NCBI GenBank assembly: GCA_045541115.1 | Contig: JAZQIM010000021.1 | Coordinates: forward strand, 34,775 to 98,774 | Length of the DNA: 64,000 nt | Direction: 5' to 3' | DNA from: Candidatus Aphodoplasma sp. | GTDB lineage: Bacteria; Bacillota; Clostridia; UBA1381; UMGS1253 | Notes under the pieces: generated by a model | Told to the model about the DNA's origin: nothing | The model's database searches: none | What the model saw: only the letters and a program-made list of their open reading frames with translations | Shown: positions 35,698 through 46,733 of the stretch, piece by piece | How the letters are laid out: each line of letters opens with the position of its first letter | Numbering within the stretch: position 1 is the first letter of the stretch | Program-made: the position numbers and the translations under genes

Positions 35698-36945
35698 CTA
35701 AATTATATCTGCTACGCTCTTTCCGCACAGAGCGCCACTTGCCCATGCCCATGTAAGGTTGTATCCGCCGCAATCGCCGTAAACGTCTAACACCTCGCCG
35801 CAGGCAAACAGACCGCTTGATTTTTTTGATTCAAGAGTATTTATATTGAAATCAAGAAGAGATGCACCGCCACCCATAACCTGCGCATCCTGTGCGCCCT
35901 TTGTGCCGACAACTTTTAAGTTAAAGTGTTTTAGCGAGTGAGCGATTTTTCTTAGCTGCTCATCTGTAAGTGAGCTTATGTTTTCCGAAAGTGAAGCGAC
36001 ATTTGCATACTTTATAGCTGCCATCGCTATGCGCTTATTTAAAAAGCCGCACAAAAGGTTTTCGAGCGTAAGATGTGAAAGGTTGTCCCTTCGAGTTTTA
36101 AGCTCACATAAAAGAGATTTTTCATCATATTCACATGCAAGGTCAACACTTAAAATAAGATTGTGCTTTTTTGATTCGTTAAGAAGCGCTGATATGTAGC
36201 CCGAAAGCTGCATCACAGCTATTCCTGAAAGGCCGTAGTCGCAAAAAAGAATTTCGCCCATCTCTTTTCGAATGCACGTGCCGTCTGATAAAAGGCAGAC
36301 ACTTGCATGTGCACGCATACCTTTTGCCATTTTTGTAATTTCGCTTTCACACACTACTGCACATAGGGCAGGGTAGGTGCTGTGGATTTTATGTCCAAAG
36401 GATTTTAATAGCTTTAGTCCAATATCACTTCCGCCGCTTGCGCTGCTGCCCGATGCAATAACGACAGCGTCAGCAGCTATTTCTGACACGCCGCAGCAGA
36501 TAGTGTATAGTCCATCTTTCTTTGTAATTTTCTTTATTTCATGCTCGCATAAAATTTCGATTCCGAGTCTTTGTATTTCGAAACGAAGTGCATCAAGTAC
36601 CGACGATGCCTGCATGCTCCGAGGATAAACACAGGTCGCATTCGTGACAGTAGTCGTAAGTGAGAGAGATTTAAAAAAGGCTGTAATAGAAGAAACATCA
36701 AAGCTTTTTAGCACAGAGCAAACGGCATCTATATCATGTGAATGATAAGCGTTTATGTCCTCGTTTGTATTTGTGAGATTGCATTTGCCGTTGCCTGTTG
36801 ACAGAAGTTTTTTGCCCGCACGCGTATTTTTTTCGATAAGTATAACGCGCGCGTTTTTGCCTCTTTTTATCAGGCGACGCTTTGCATTTATAGCACACAT
36901 CATTCCTGATGCGCCGCCGCCTATAATGGCTATAGTTTTACTCAT
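35698..36945 (-). CDS. NAD(P)/FAD-dependent oxidoreductase, HI0933/BaiN-like flavoprotein
   Basis: IAIIGGGASGMMCA dinucleotide fold and C-terminal GEVLDVYGDCGGYNLTWAWASG. Start ATG 36945 overlaps the upstream stop (ATGA). Confidence 0.75.
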   Translation of the reverse strand: MSKTIAIIGGGASGMMCAINAKRRLIKRGKNARVILIEKNTRAGKKLLSTGNGKCNLTNTNEDINAYHSHDIDAVCSVLKSFDVSSITAFFKSLSLTTTVTNATCVYPRSMQASSVLDALRFEIQRLGIEILCEHEIKKITKKDGLYTICCGVSEIAADAVVIASGSSASGGSDIGLKLLKSFGHKIHSTYPALCAVVCESEITKMAKGMRAHASVCLLSDGTCIRKEMGEILFCDYGLSGIAVMQLSGYISALLNESKKHNLILSVDLACEYDEKSLLCELKTRRDNLSHLTLENLLCGFLNKRIAMAAIKYANVASLSENISSLTDEQLRKIAHSLKHFNLKVVGTKGAQDAQVMGGGASLLDFNINTLESKKSSGLFACGEVLDVYGDCGGYNLTWAWASGALCGKSVADII

Positions 36946-38858
36946 GCTTTTTCTCCTTTGCAAAAACGCTCTACATCATAAATCTTTATACTCATCGGCT
37001 CGACATTTAGGATAAATCGGCCGTTTTGCGATTCGTATTGTTCGTTATCGCGCGTAAGTCTATATGCAAAAAATCGTCCAAGCTCGAGCGGCGCATTCCA
37101 CGAGCTATTCTCGTCTGTGTTTATTATAATGAGCTTGAAATCGTCGTCTGCTATGCGCACAAACGCGCACACCTGTCCATCGCCATATACGCTTTCAAAA
37201 TCTCCTGCGCTTAAGGCGTGACTGTCTTTTCGCATTTTAATAATAGATTTAAAGTGATCGCAAATAGGCGATGTAGTCTTATTAAAGTCGAAGCATGCGC
37301 GGCAAAATGGGTCGCGCGCACCCTGCATACCAATTTCATCGCCGTAAAAAATGCTCGGCATTCCGGGCATGCACATAAGAAAAGAGAAAATCAAGCATGT
37401 ACGCTTATATGCAAGTGCATATTGATTTTTATCTAGTGTGTAGTTTGCCTGCTCTGTGCGACTGAGTGAGTCGGGCATGCCTGACATCTTTGTAAATATG
37501 CGCTCGGTATCGTGGCTGCTTAAAAAATTCATAGTTGCCATGAATGCTTCGCGTGGATAGTTTTCACGAAGACTTTGTATTTTTGCATTAAATGTTTTTG
37601 CATCGATTTTGCAAAGAACATAATCAATCATCGCATTTCGAAGCGGATAATTCATAACGCTGTCAAGTTGTTTTCCGCAAAGATAGCTTCGGAGTGTGCC
37701 ATAGCTTATTTTGTTTGACGCATCTTCCCACACTTCGCCGATTATAGCGCAATCAGAATCTACACTTTTTGCTTCGTAGCGCAGCTGCTCGATAAAATCG
37801 CCCGGAAGCTCATCTGCAACATCGAGACGCCATCCGCTTGCGCCAAGCCTGAGCCAACGCTTTATAATACTGTTTTTATCGGTTAGAATATATTTTCTGT
37901 ACGACTGAGAATTTTCATTTACCGCAGGCAGCGTCTTTATGCCCCACCACGATTCATAATCATCAGGAAAGCTTTTAAAGCAGAACCAGTCGTAGTACGG
38001 CGACGAGCTGCCCTGATATGCGCCGACACTTTGATAGGTATTATTTTTATTAAAATATTTGCTATCTGAGCCTGTATGGTTAAATACGCCGTCTAAAATG
38101 ATTTTCATATTGCGCTTTTTTGCTTCTTTACACAAAGTAGCAAAGATTTTTTCGTCGCCAAACATTTTATCGATTTTTTCGTAGTCTGCCGTATCGTATT
38201 TGTGATTTGAATAAGCCTCGAATATAGGGTTTAAGTATAGAATCGTGACACCTAAATCGGCTAAATAGTCGAGCTTTTCGATAACGCCTGCAAGTGAGCC
38301 ACCAAAAAAGTCGTTTGCAAGATATTCTCCGCCAAATTGCTCGGGCAAATAATACGGCATCTCGCCCCAGTTTCTGTATATTATGTCGCTTCGAAGTGAG
38401 GAGTTATCAAATTTATCTGATTTTGCAAATCTGTCGACGAAAATCTGATACATAACTCCGTTTTTTAACCATTCGGGAGTTTTGTAGTCTTTTGTATATA
38501 CGGTAATCTGATAGGGTATGGGATTGTTTTCGTACTGTTCTCCTATGCCGCCAAGACACTGCGCGTTATTGCCGTAATAAACCGATGAGTTATCGAAATT
38601 AAGTTTAAAGCTGTAAAAAAGAACACAAGGCTCGTTTGGCATAGTGATTTGCGCTTCATAAACATATGCACCAAGCATAGTGCTGTGATAATGCATAAGC
38701 TTTTCGTGTTTGCCGCGGCTATCTTCATATTGTATAACGACGGATTCGGGCCAGGCAGAGTCGCCAAGCATCAGCCTTAAGGTAACGGTACAACCACAAA
38801 CAGCCGCACCAAATGGGGTGCGGCAAAAGCTGTTATGGGAGTTGTGTTCGATTCTCAA
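36942..38858 (-). CDS. GH13 alpha-amylase family enzyme (neopullulanase/cyclomaltodextrinase-like) with N-terminal Ig-like domain
   Basis: GH13 regions DGVFNHTG, GWRLDVADE, GEVWED, FLSSHD. Confidence 0.8.
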   Translation of the reverse strand: MRIEHNSHNSFCRTPFGAAVCGCTVTLRLMLGDSAWPESVVIQYEDSRGKHEKLMHYHSTMLGAYVYEAQITMPNEPCVLFYSFKLNFDNSSVYYGNNAQCLGGIGEQYENNPIPYQITVYTKDYKTPEWLKNGVMYQIFVDRFAKSDKFDNSSLRSDIIYRNWGEMPYYLPEQFGGEYLANDFFGGSLAGVIEKLDYLADLGVTILYLNPIFEAYSNHKYDTADYEKIDKMFGDEKIFATLCKEAKKRNMKIILDGVFNHTGSDSKYFNKNNTYQSVGAYQGSSSPYYDWFCFKSFPDDYESWWGIKTLPAVNENSQSYRKYILTDKNSIIKRWLRLGASGWRLDVADELPGDFIEQLRYEAKSVDSDCAIIGEVWEDASNKISYGTLRSYLCGKQLDSVMNYPLRNAMIDYVLCKIDAKTFNAKIQSLRENYPREAFMATMNFLSSHDTERIFTKMSGMPDSLSRTEQANYTLDKNQYALAYKRTCLIFSFLMCMPGMPSIFYGDEIGMQGARDPFCRACFDFNKTTSPICDHFKSIIKMRKDSHALSAGDFESVYGDGQVCAFVRIADDDFKLIIINTDENSSWNAPLELGRFFAYRLTRDNEQYESQNGRFILNVEPMSIKIYDVERFCKGEKA

Positions 38859-38886
38859 ATTATATACCTCCGGGGCTACTTTGTTA

Positions 38887-41328
38887 TCAAATGCTTTTTA
38901 AGTTCCAGATTTTTTCGTTGTATTCCTTTATTGTACGGTCGGAACTGAAAAATCCCGCATATGCAGTATTAAGAATAGCTTTTTTTGTCCATAAAGCCTT
39001 ATTTTTGTATTCTCTGTCAAGTCGCGAATGGGCAGCAATATATGAAGCGAAATCGCGAAGCACCATATACGGATCTGCCATTCCGTAGTCGCCGAATAAA
39101 AGCGACTGATATATCTCGCGAAACATCTGTGGATGCTCCGGCTCGAGTGTGCCGTCAATAAGAGTATCAAGAGCGCGCTTAAGCGGCATATTGCTTGCGT
39201 AAATTGACTGTGGCTCGCCTGTCTGATGCTGGTAACGGGCAGCTACCTCATCTGCGCTAAGACCGAATATATACATATTATTTTTGCCGACTTGCTCGCT
39301 CATTTCAATATTTGCACCATCGAATGTACCGATTGTGAGCGCACCGTTTAGCATAAACTTCATGTTGCCGGTACCTGATGCTTCCTTGCCGGCAGTTGAA
39401 ATCTGCTCCGACACATCTGCAGCAGCAGTTATCATCTCGGCGAGAGTTACGCTGTAATTTTCAATAAAGACAACCTTGATTTTATTGTTTACGCGCGGAT
39501 CGTTGTTTACAAGGTTTGCAACGCTGTTAATAAGCTTTATTATAAGCTTTGCACGTTTATATCCCGGCGAAGCCTTTGCTGCAAAGATAAATGTGCGCGC
39601 ATTTATATCATAGTTAGGATTGTCGATAAGACAGTTATATAGGTATAGTATGTGAAGAACATTTAAAAGCTGACGCTTATACTCGTGAAGGCGTTTTGCC
39701 TGCACGTCAAAAATTGAATTCACATCTACATCTATGTTGTTATGCTCTTTTATATATTTTGCAAGTATTTTTTTGTTTTCAAGCTTGATTGCCGAGAACC
39801 TTTCACAAAAATCCTTGTTTTCTGCAAATTTTTCAAGCTCGGAAAGCTTTGATGCATCAGATAACCACTTTGTGCCGATGCTCTCGTTTATAAGAGCAGT
39901 GAGCGCAGGGTTAGAGTGCATTATCCAGCGTCTGAAGGTTATACCGTTTGTAATTGCATGGAAGCGCGATGTGTCAAGTCTGTAATAGTCGGCAAAAATA
40001 TCGCCGGTTAATATGTCTGTATGCAATTTTGAAACGCCGTTTACGGCGTGACAGGTGGCAAGACACAGATTTGCCATGCTGATTTGTGCATAAGAATTTA
40101 TTACCGCCATGTAATCGATTTTTGCCGCATCGCCGGGATATGCCTGATTTAGCTCATAAAGTAGACGACTGTTAATTTCGCATACTATCATATATATACG
40201 CGGCAAAAGCTCTTCAAACACATTAACAGGCCACTTCTCAAGAGCCTCGCTCATTACCGTATGATTTGTGTAAGCGCATACCTTCGTTGTGATTTCCCAC
40301 GCTTTATCCCAGCCGAGACCTTCGTTATCCATCAGCACACGCATAAGCTCGGGGATAGCAAGTGCAGGGTGTGTATCGTTTATGTGTATTGCAATTTTTT
40401 CGGCAAACAAATCCCAGTTAGTGCCGTATGCATGTTTAAAGTCGCGTATAATCCACTGAATTGTAGCAGATACGAGGAAATACTGCTGGCGCAGACGAAG
40501 CTTTTTGCCTTCATCGTGATTATCTTCTGGGTAGAGTACCTTTGAGATAACCTCTGCCATATCCTTTTCTTCAATAGCTCTTATATACTGACCTTCGTTA
40601 AAGAAAGTCATGTTAAGGTCGTTTGGTGCTTTTGCGCTCCACAAACGAAGCTTGTTTATCATTTTTGAGTCATATCCACAAACAGGCACGTCGTATGGGA
40701 CCGCAAGTACGGTATGAGAATTTTCGTATCTAAACGAAAAACGTCCGTCATTCCAGTCGGTGTATACCTTACCACCAAAAAGAACTTCGACCTGTTCTTC
40801 CGGACGGGCAATTTCCCACACATAGCCGTTTTCAAGCCATGAATCAGGCTGCTCAAACTGGTATCCGTCAATAATTTTTTGACGAAACAGTCCGTATTCA
40901 TAACGGATTGTTGAGCCGTATGCCGGCAAATCGAGCGTTGTGAGAGAATCTATAAAGCAAGCGGCAAGGCGACCGAGTCCGCCGTTGCCAAGACCTGCAT
41001 CACACTCGTTTGAGCATATGCTTTCCATGTCAATTCCTATGTGTTTAAAGACCTTTCTGTAATCTTCCGTGAGGGCGAGATTAAGCATATTTGTGCCTAA
41101 AAGACGGCCCATTAAAAATTCTGAGGAAAGATAGTAGAGCTTTTTTGCCTTTTGATGTTTTACACAATCGTGTGATGTTCTCCATTTGCGCATTATTTCG
41201 TCGCGGACAGTGGAGGCACACGCCTCGTAAATCATGCTTTCGGTAGCGTCTTCAAGCGTCTTACCGAAATGGCGCATAATCTTTCCTGTAATATCGTCGT
41301 ATATCTTTTGCTGTTTTTTTGTAAGCAT
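38887..41328 (-). CDS. glgP: glycogen/maltodextrin phosphorylase
   Basis: 813 aa. EASGTGNMKFMLNGALTIGTFDGANIE (PLP lysine block). Confidence 0.95.
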   Translation of the reverse strand: MLTKKQQKIYDDITGKIMRHFGKTLEDATESMIYEACASTVRDEIMRKWRTSHDCVKHQKAKKLYYLSSEFLMGRLLGTNMLNLALTEDYRKVFKHIGIDMESICSNECDAGLGNGGLGRLAACFIDSLTTLDLPAYGSTIRYEYGLFRQKIIDGYQFEQPDSWLENGYVWEIARPEEQVEVLFGGKVYTDWNDGRFSFRYENSHTVLAVPYDVPVCGYDSKMINKLRLWSAKAPNDLNMTFFNEGQYIRAIEEKDMAEVISKVLYPEDNHDEGKKLRLRQQYFLVSATIQWIIRDFKHAYGTNWDLFAEKIAIHINDTHPALAIPELMRVLMDNEGLGWDKAWEITTKVCAYTNHTVMSEALEKWPVNVFEELLPRIYMIVCEINSRLLYELNQAYPGDAAKIDYMAVINSYAQISMANLCLATCHAVNGVSKLHTDILTGDIFADYYRLDTSRFHAITNGITFRRWIMHSNPALTALINESIGTKWLSDASKLSELEKFAENKDFCERFSAIKLENKKILAKYIKEHNNIDVDVNSIFDVQAKRLHEYKRQLLNVLHILYLYNCLIDNPNYDINARTFIFAAKASPGYKRAKLIIKLINSVANLVNNDPRVNNKIKVVFIENYSVTLAEMITAAADVSEQISTAGKEASGTGNMKFMLNGALTIGTFDGANIEMSEQVGKNNMYIFGLSADEVAARYQHQTGEPQSIYASNMPLKRALDTLIDGTLEPEHPQMFREIYQSLLFGDYGMADPYMVLRDFASYIAAHSRLDREYKNKALWTKKAILNTAYAGFFSSDRTIKEYNEKIWNLKSI

Positions 41329-41342
41329 ATATTTCCTCCTGC

Positions 41343-42782
41343 TTATGATGTAAGTGATTTGTATAATTCCAAATATTGTTTAGCTGAAGAATCCCAGCTA
41401 AAGTCTGCGCGCATCGCATTTCGCACAATCTTTTGCCAAGCGCTCTTTTTCTTAAAAGTCTGATGCGCATAGTCAATTACTGTCAAAAGATCTGATGCGT
41501 TGTAGGGCGCAAAAGAAAAACCGGTTCCCTCGCCTGTATATTCGTTGTATGCAATTACCGTATCTTTAAGTCCGCCTGTTTCGCGCACTATCGGCAGTGT
41601 GCCATATTTTAGGCTGATAATCTGGCTAAGACCGCATGGCTCAAAAAGTGACGGCATTAAAAACGCGTCGCATGCGGCATAAATTTTATGAGCAAGCGCA
41701 TTGCTAAAGCAAATATTTGCGCTGAATTTGTCTGCGTGATTTTGCGCATACCATGAAAACATAGATTCATAGTTATAATCGCCTGTCCCGAGCACTACGA
41801 GCTGGATGTCGCGTTTTTCAAGCTCTGATATAATCTGTGCTATAAGGTCAAGGCCTTTCTGGTCTGTAAGGCGGCTTACGATGCCGAGCATAAATGCGTT
41901 TTCATTTTGCGCAAGTCCAAGCTCTTTTTGAAGAGCGGCCTTGTTTGCGCGCTTGCCGCTGACAAAGTCACGCCTGTTATATTTTTTGTAGATATATTCA
42001 TCGCTCGATGGATTATACTGCTCATACGAAAGTCCATTTACAATGCCATAAAGCTCGTGCGAGCGTGCGCTCAAAAGACCGTCTAAACCTTCGCCATACT
42101 CGCTTGTCTGAATTTCATGCGCATATGTTTTACTTACTGTTGTAATTGCGTCGCAGTAGGCGAGTCCGCCTTTTAAGATATTTAGACTGCCGTTATGCTC
42201 GAACTTGTCGTTTGTAAAGTAAGACTCATCGAGTCCAAAGACATCCTGCAGTGCGTTTTTGTCCCATACACCCTGGAAGCGCAGATTGTGAATCGTCATA
42301 ATCGTTTTGATTCCCTGGTAAAACGGATTATCCTGAAACTGTGTATTTAGCAAGAACGGCATTGGAGCAGTTTGCCAATCGTTTGCATGGATTATATCCG
42401 GACGAAAATCTATATCAGGTAAGATGGAGAGAGCTGCCTTGGAGAAAAAAGCAAACTTTTCTACATCTTCGTGGATATAGCTGTAAAGCTTATCCGATTT
42501 AAAATAAAATTCGTTATCAATAAAATAAATCTTTATTCCCTCATGCTCAAGCTCGAAAATGCCACAGTACTGCATGCGCCAGCTGAGCGGAATTTCGATT
42601 GCTTTTATAAATCGCATTTTGTCTGTATATTCTTTTGCAATACAGCCGTATTTGGGCATAATAATGCGGATGTCAACCTCGTTTTTATCAAAGGCCGAGG
42701 GAAGAGTGCCGCATACATCTGCAAGCCCGCCTGATTTTGCAAAAGGAACTGCTTCTGATGTTGCAAGTAAAACCTTTATCAT
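41343..42782 (-). CDS. glgA: glycogen synthase (ADP-glucose type)
   Basis: KSGGLADV N-terminal motif, GT5 layout, 479 aa. Confidence 0.95.
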   Translation of the reverse strand: MIKVLLATSEAVPFAKSGGLADVCGTLPSAFDKNEVDIRIIMPKYGCIAKEYTDKMRFIKAIEIPLSWRMQYCGIFELEHEGIKIYFIDNEFYFKSDKLYSYIHEDVEKFAFFSKAALSILPDIDFRPDIIHANDWQTAPMPFLLNTQFQDNPFYQGIKTIMTIHNLRFQGVWDKNALQDVFGLDESYFTNDKFEHNGSLNILKGGLAYCDAITTVSKTYAHEIQTSEYGEGLDGLLSARSHELYGIVNGLSYEQYNPSSDEYIYKKYNRRDFVSGKRANKAALQKELGLAQNENAFMLGIVSRLTDQKGLDLIAQIISELEKRDIQLVVLGTGDYNYESMFSWYAQNHADKFSANICFSNALAHKIYAACDAFLMPSLFEPCGLSQIISLKYGTLPIVRETGGLKDTVIAYNEYTGEGTGFSFAPYNASDLLTVIDYAHQTFKKKSAWQKIVRNAMRADFSWDSSAKQYLELYKSLTS

Positions 42783-42804
42783 ATCATAGTCTCCTGTCTT
42801 TTTG

Positions 42805-43926
42805 TCAGATTATATTGCCCTTTGCTATAACAAAAGGATAATTCGGTTGACCTGCTACGGTTTTTCCCGGAAGCATAGTAACCTCTTTATCAAACACGGC
42901 ATTTTCAACGTAGCAGTTTTCCTGTATTACGCTGTTTTGCATTACGATTGAGTTTTTAACTGTCGCACCTTTTGCAATATGCACACCACGAAAGATTATA
43001 GAGTTTTCCACTGTGCCGTCAATGATGCAGCCGTCTGCCACCATTGAGTCCAAAACGCGTGCGTCATCGCCGTAATGTGTGGGAACCTGGTCCTTGACTT
43101 TTGTATAAATTTTTCCTTCTGAAGAAAACAGCTCGCGTCGTATGTCGGCATCAAGGAAATTCATGTTGTTTTTATAATAACTGTCAATCGTGTCTACGCG
43201 TCCCACGTAGCCGTCAAACTTATAGCCGTATAGTCTTAAATTATTTAAATTCTTAATTAAAACATCGATTACCCAGTCATGCTCGCCATGGGCTATACAG
43301 TTTTCAACGATGCTTAGAAGAAGTGAACGCTCTATAATGTACGCGTCCATCGACACACTTCTGCTCTTTGGATGCGGGTGATTTTTTGTAATATCACTGA
43401 TACGTCCGTCGGATTCTACATTTAAAAGGGTGTAGCGTGAAAGCATCTCATCTGTAGCGTTTTTATCTTCGTTATAAATTATGGTAATGTCCGCGTGATT
43501 ATTTTTGTGAAATTCAAGTGCCTTGTTAAAGGTCATGTTATATAGCGTGTTGCCTTTAGAAAGCACAATATAGTCGGGTTTTGTTTTGCGGATAAAGTTG
43601 CTTACAGAGTGTAATACATCGATATCTCCACCGGATTTTCCTGTACTTTCTCTGCCTATATATGGAGGCAGGATATAAAGACCGCTGTTCTTTCTGTTAA
43701 GGTCCCACGCTCTTCCGGAGCCGAGATGGTCCATAAGAGACGAATAGTTAAATTGTGTGGCAACGCCTACGTTGTATATACCGGAGTTTACCATATTCGA
43801 CAAAATAAAGTCTATAAGACGGTAGCGCCCTGCCATAGGCATAGCTGATATGGCGCGCCTTTCCGTTAAAACGCCGAGTTGCATCTGCTTATCCTCAGTT
43901 AAGATTACTCCTGACATTGCATCCAT
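42805..43926 (-). CDS. glgD: glucose-1-phosphate adenylyltransferase regulatory subunit GlgD
   Basis: Paralog of GlgC that lacks the GGxGxRL motif, with a left-handed beta-helix C-terminus. Sits between glgC and glgA as in Firmicutes. Confidence 0.85.
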   Translation of the reverse strand: MDAMSGVILTEDKQMQLGVLTERRAISAMPMAGRYRLIDFILSNMVNSGIYNVGVATQFNYSSLMDHLGSGRAWDLNRKNSGLYILPPYIGRESTGKSGGDIDVLHSVSNFIRKTKPDYIVLSKGNTLYNMTFNKALEFHKNNHADITIIYNEDKNATDEMLSRYTLLNVESDGRISDITKNHPHPKSRSVSMDAYIIERSLLLSIVENCIAHGEHDWVIDVLIKNLNNLRLYGYKFDGYVGRVDTIDSYYKNNMNFLDADIRRELFSSEGKIYTKVKDQVPTHYGDDARVLDSMVADGCIIDGTVENSIIFRGVHIAKGATVKNSIVMQNSVIQENCYVENAVFDKEVTMLPGKTVAGQPNYPFVIAKGNII

Positions 43927-43928
43927 CT

Positions 43929-45212
43929 TCAGACACCTCCGTTCGCCATTGTCGTATCGTTTTGTGTTTTAGAGCTTACCTTTTTTTCAAAAAGAGTATT
44001 TTCTGCGACGATATCGTTTTCTACCATTGAATTTTTGCCAATTTCAACATTTGCATCAATTATAATATTTCCTTCTAACAGTACGATGCCATCTGAGCAT
44101 ATCTCCGATTTATACGGATTATCCTCAATGTCGCGTACACCTATCATGGCATTTTTGCCTATTTTACATCCCGGACCTATAATTGCTTTTTCTATAATTG
44201 CGCCTTCGTCAATTTTTGCATTCGGCATAACTATACTGTCGCGCACAACAGCGCCATGTCCAATGCTTACACCTTCGGATATTACTGAATGTTCAACTGT
44301 GCCGTATATATCGCAACCTTCTGTAATATGGCAGTTTTTAAGGACTGCACAGCTCGATATGAAATGCGGCGGTTTTACGGGATTACGAGAATAAATCGGC
44401 CATGCAGAGTCGTACATGTTAAGAAGTGGTGGCTGAGTAAGCATATCCATATGCGCTTCCCACAGGCTTTGTACTGTTCCGACATCGCGCCAGTAATCAG
44501 AAAAGTTATATGTGTAGATAGCTTCGTTCATAGAAAGCATCTGCGGAATAACGTTTTTGCCGAAATCGTTTGATGAACGCGGATTATTTTCGTCAACTAT
44601 AAGATATTTTTTTAGTATTTGCCAATTAAAAATATAAATTCCCATCGAAGCGAGATTGCTCTTTGGCTCTTTCGGTTTTTCTTCAAACTCGCAGATGCGA
44701 CCGGACTCATCTACATCCATAATGCCAAAACGCGATGCCTCATCCCATGATACAGGCATGACCGCAACGGTTGCAGCGCCTCCGCTTTGTTTGTGAGATG
44801 CAAGCATTTTCGCATAATTCATCTTGTAAATATGGTCGCCTGAAAGAATAAGAACATATTTTGGGTTAAACTGTTCGATAAACCCGATGTTTTGGTATAT
44901 TGCATTTGCGGTGCCCTTGTACCATTCTCCCTTTTCTGCTTTTACATACGGCGGCAGCACATAAACCCCGCCGAATCTTCTGTCAAGGCCCCACGGTGCT
45001 CCACCTGCTATATAGGTGTTAAGCTCGAGTGGTTGATATTGTGTCAATACTCCGACCGTATCGATGCCCGAGTGGGCACAATTGCTTAATGCAAAATCAA
45101 TTATACGGTACTTTCCGCCAAAGGCAACAGCAGGTTTTGCGATATCTTTTGTTAATGCTCCGAGCCTACTGCCTTGGCCGCCTGCTAAAATCATTGCTAC
45201 ACATTCTGCCAT
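43929..45212 (-). CDS. glgC: glucose-1-phosphate adenylyltransferase
   Basis: [20 protein letters not shown], and an LbH C-terminus. Confidence 0.95.
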   Translation of the reverse strand: MAECVAMILAGGQGSRLGALTKDIAKPAVAFGGKYRIIDFALSNCAHSGIDTVGVLTQYQPLELNTYIAGGAPWGLDRRFGGVYVLPPYVKAEKGEWYKGTANAIYQNIGFIEQFNPKYVLILSGDHIYKMNYAKMLASHKQSGGAATVAVMPVSWDEASRFGIMDVDESGRICEFEEKPKEPKSNLASMGIYIFNWQILKKYLIVDENNPRSSNDFGKNVIPQMLSMNEAIYTYNFSDYWRDVGTVQSLWEAHMDMLTQPPLLNMYDSAWPIYSRNPVKPPHFISSCAVLKNCHITEGCDIYGTVEHSVISEGVSIGHGAVVRDSIVMPNAKIDEGAIIEKAIIGPGCKIGKNAMIGVRDIEDNPYKSEICSDGIVLLEGNIIIDANVEIGKNSMVENDIVAENTLFEKKVSSKTQNDTTMANGGV

Positions 45213-45544
45213 GTGATCGCCCCTTTCGAGTTTAGTTTACCCCTGTAAATATTACAATCAGAGAAAATTGGTACAAGGTATAAAATATGCTTTACATATG
45301 ATGTTTATGAATCCATTTCCCAATTTATAAATTCGTGTTTGTTTTTTGCTTTTTATGCCGATGCAGATTTTTGTAAATGCACAATATTCCACTGTGTGAA
45401 AAAGTTAAAAGAAATTAACTTATTATTTTATTTAATTATATCACGCACACAATAAAAAATCAATAATTATACATACTAATTAAATAAAAAATTTGCGTAA
45501 AAATGACAAATATTTGAGTTTTAGCAGTCAAGGAACTGTTAAAA

Positions 45545-45573
45545 GTATATATTTATTTCAGCCGTGCAAAATA
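45545..45573 (+). promoter_or_regulatory. possible forespore (sigmaF/sigmaG-type) promoter of gpr
   Basis: GTATA, 17-nt spacer, CAAAATA, resembling G[ACT]ATA-N17-18-CAnnnTA. gpr is sigmaF/G-dependent in Bacillus. Confidence 0.3.
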
Positions 45574-45628
45574 TAACGGAGAAAAACAGACACACAAAAC
45601 ACATTTATATGATCTGAGGTAAAGAAAT

Positions 45629-46609
45629 ATGACTTATAAAAGAACAGACCTTGCACTTGAGGAAACAGAAAAATTTTTAGAAAATGCAATGCAAAAAAAC
45701 ATCGCTAATGCAGTGAAAATCATCGAGCAAACAAAAGGTGATATAAAGATTACGCGCGTTGAGATTTTAAATGAAGAAGGAGCAAAACAGCTTACAAAAC
45801 CGATAGGCACATATGTAACACTTGAAAGCGAAACTCTTAATTATATGGACAATTCACAGCGGGAAGATTTGTGTCTTGCGATAAAAGAGCAGCTCGAAAA
45901 GATTGTAAAGATAGATTTATCAAAGCCGGTGCTTGTTGTCGGGCTTGGAAACAGAAATATTACAGCAGATGCACTCGGGCCAAAGGCTGTTGAGCAAATG
46001 CTTGTAACGCGTCATCTGTTTGAGAATATGCGCGAGGTTGTGGGAGAAGATACGGCTTCGGTATGTGCGCTTGCACCGGGAGTGCTCGGTATTACCGGCA
46101 TTGAAACTATGGAAATTGTTAAGGGAGTGTGCCAAAGAGTTAAGCCGGGACTCGTTATTGCCATCGATGCACTTGCAGCAAGAAAAATCGAAAGGATAAA
46201 TACAACGATCCAGATTTCAAATACGGGCATTAACCCCGGCTCCGGAGTGGGCAATAACAGAAAGGCGCTCAACCGTGACACACTCGGAGTAGACGTAATT
46301 GCGCTTGGCGTGCCTACTGTAGTCGATGCTGTTACGTTTGCAAACGATGCGCTCGATATTACGATTGATGCAATAAAGAAAAGCAGCAAAGAAGCAAAAG
46401 GTGTGCTTGAGCTGCTTTGCGAGCTTAAAGATGAAGAAAAGTATGCACTTTTAGATGATGTGCTTTCCAGTAGCATAGGCGAGATGGTTCTTACAGTCAA
46501 GGAAGTTGATTTGGTAATGAATAAAATATCGAAGGTAATTGCGGGCGGAATCAATACATTTTTGCAAAAAGGAATGCAGATGGAGCAGATAGAAAGCCTT
46601 ACGCTATAG
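45629..46609 (+). CDS. gpr: germination protease (spore SASP endopeptidase)
   Basis: YKRTDLALEE N-terminus and VVGLGNRNITADALGP, 326 aa. Confidence 0.85.
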   Translation: MTYKRTDLALEETEKFLENAMQKNIANAVKIIEQTKGDIKITRVEILNEEGAKQLTKPIGTYVTLESETLNYMDNSQREDLCLAIKEQLEKIVKIDLSKPVLVVGLGNRNITADALGPKAVEQMLVTRHLFENMREVVGEDTASVCALAPGVLGITGIETMEIVKGVCQRVKPGLVIAIDALAARKIERINTTIQISNTGINPGSGVGNNRKALNRDTLGVDVIALGVPTVVDAVTFANDALDITIDAIKKSSKEAKGVLELLCELKDEEKYALLDDVLSSSIGEMVLTVKEVDLVMNKISKVIAGGINTFLQKGMQMEQIESLTL

Positions 46610-46666
46610 GGCGGAAAAATGACGAAATATGTCAATGAAAACTATGTCGCATTGTGCAAAATAAAA

Positions 46667-46695
46667 TTGACATGTATATATAATTGTTATAAAAT
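46667..46695 (+). promoter_or_regulatory. sigmaA-type promoter
   Basis: TTGACA, 17-nt spacer, TAAAAT. Confidence 0.5.
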
Positions 46696-46733
46696 AAATA
46701 TGCACAGTAAATTATAGTTGCATTTTATCGAAA

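Noticed and set aside
45213-45628. The 416-bp AT-rich spacer between glgC and gpr as a possible sRNA or small-ORF locus.
   Set aside because: Only promoter-like AT-rich sequence is evident. Nothing is supported beyond the tentative forespore-type promoter listed in the features.
46012-46635. 207-aa ORF antisense to gpr. The same applies to many other 60-170-aa track ORFs nested in or antisense to recognised genes (e.g. 338-676, 2969-3367, 11663-12169, 33773-33363 region, 56598-57062).
   Set aside because: Each lies fully inside a confidently identified gene on the other strand or in another frame. They have biased, low-complexity translations and no ribosome-binding sites.
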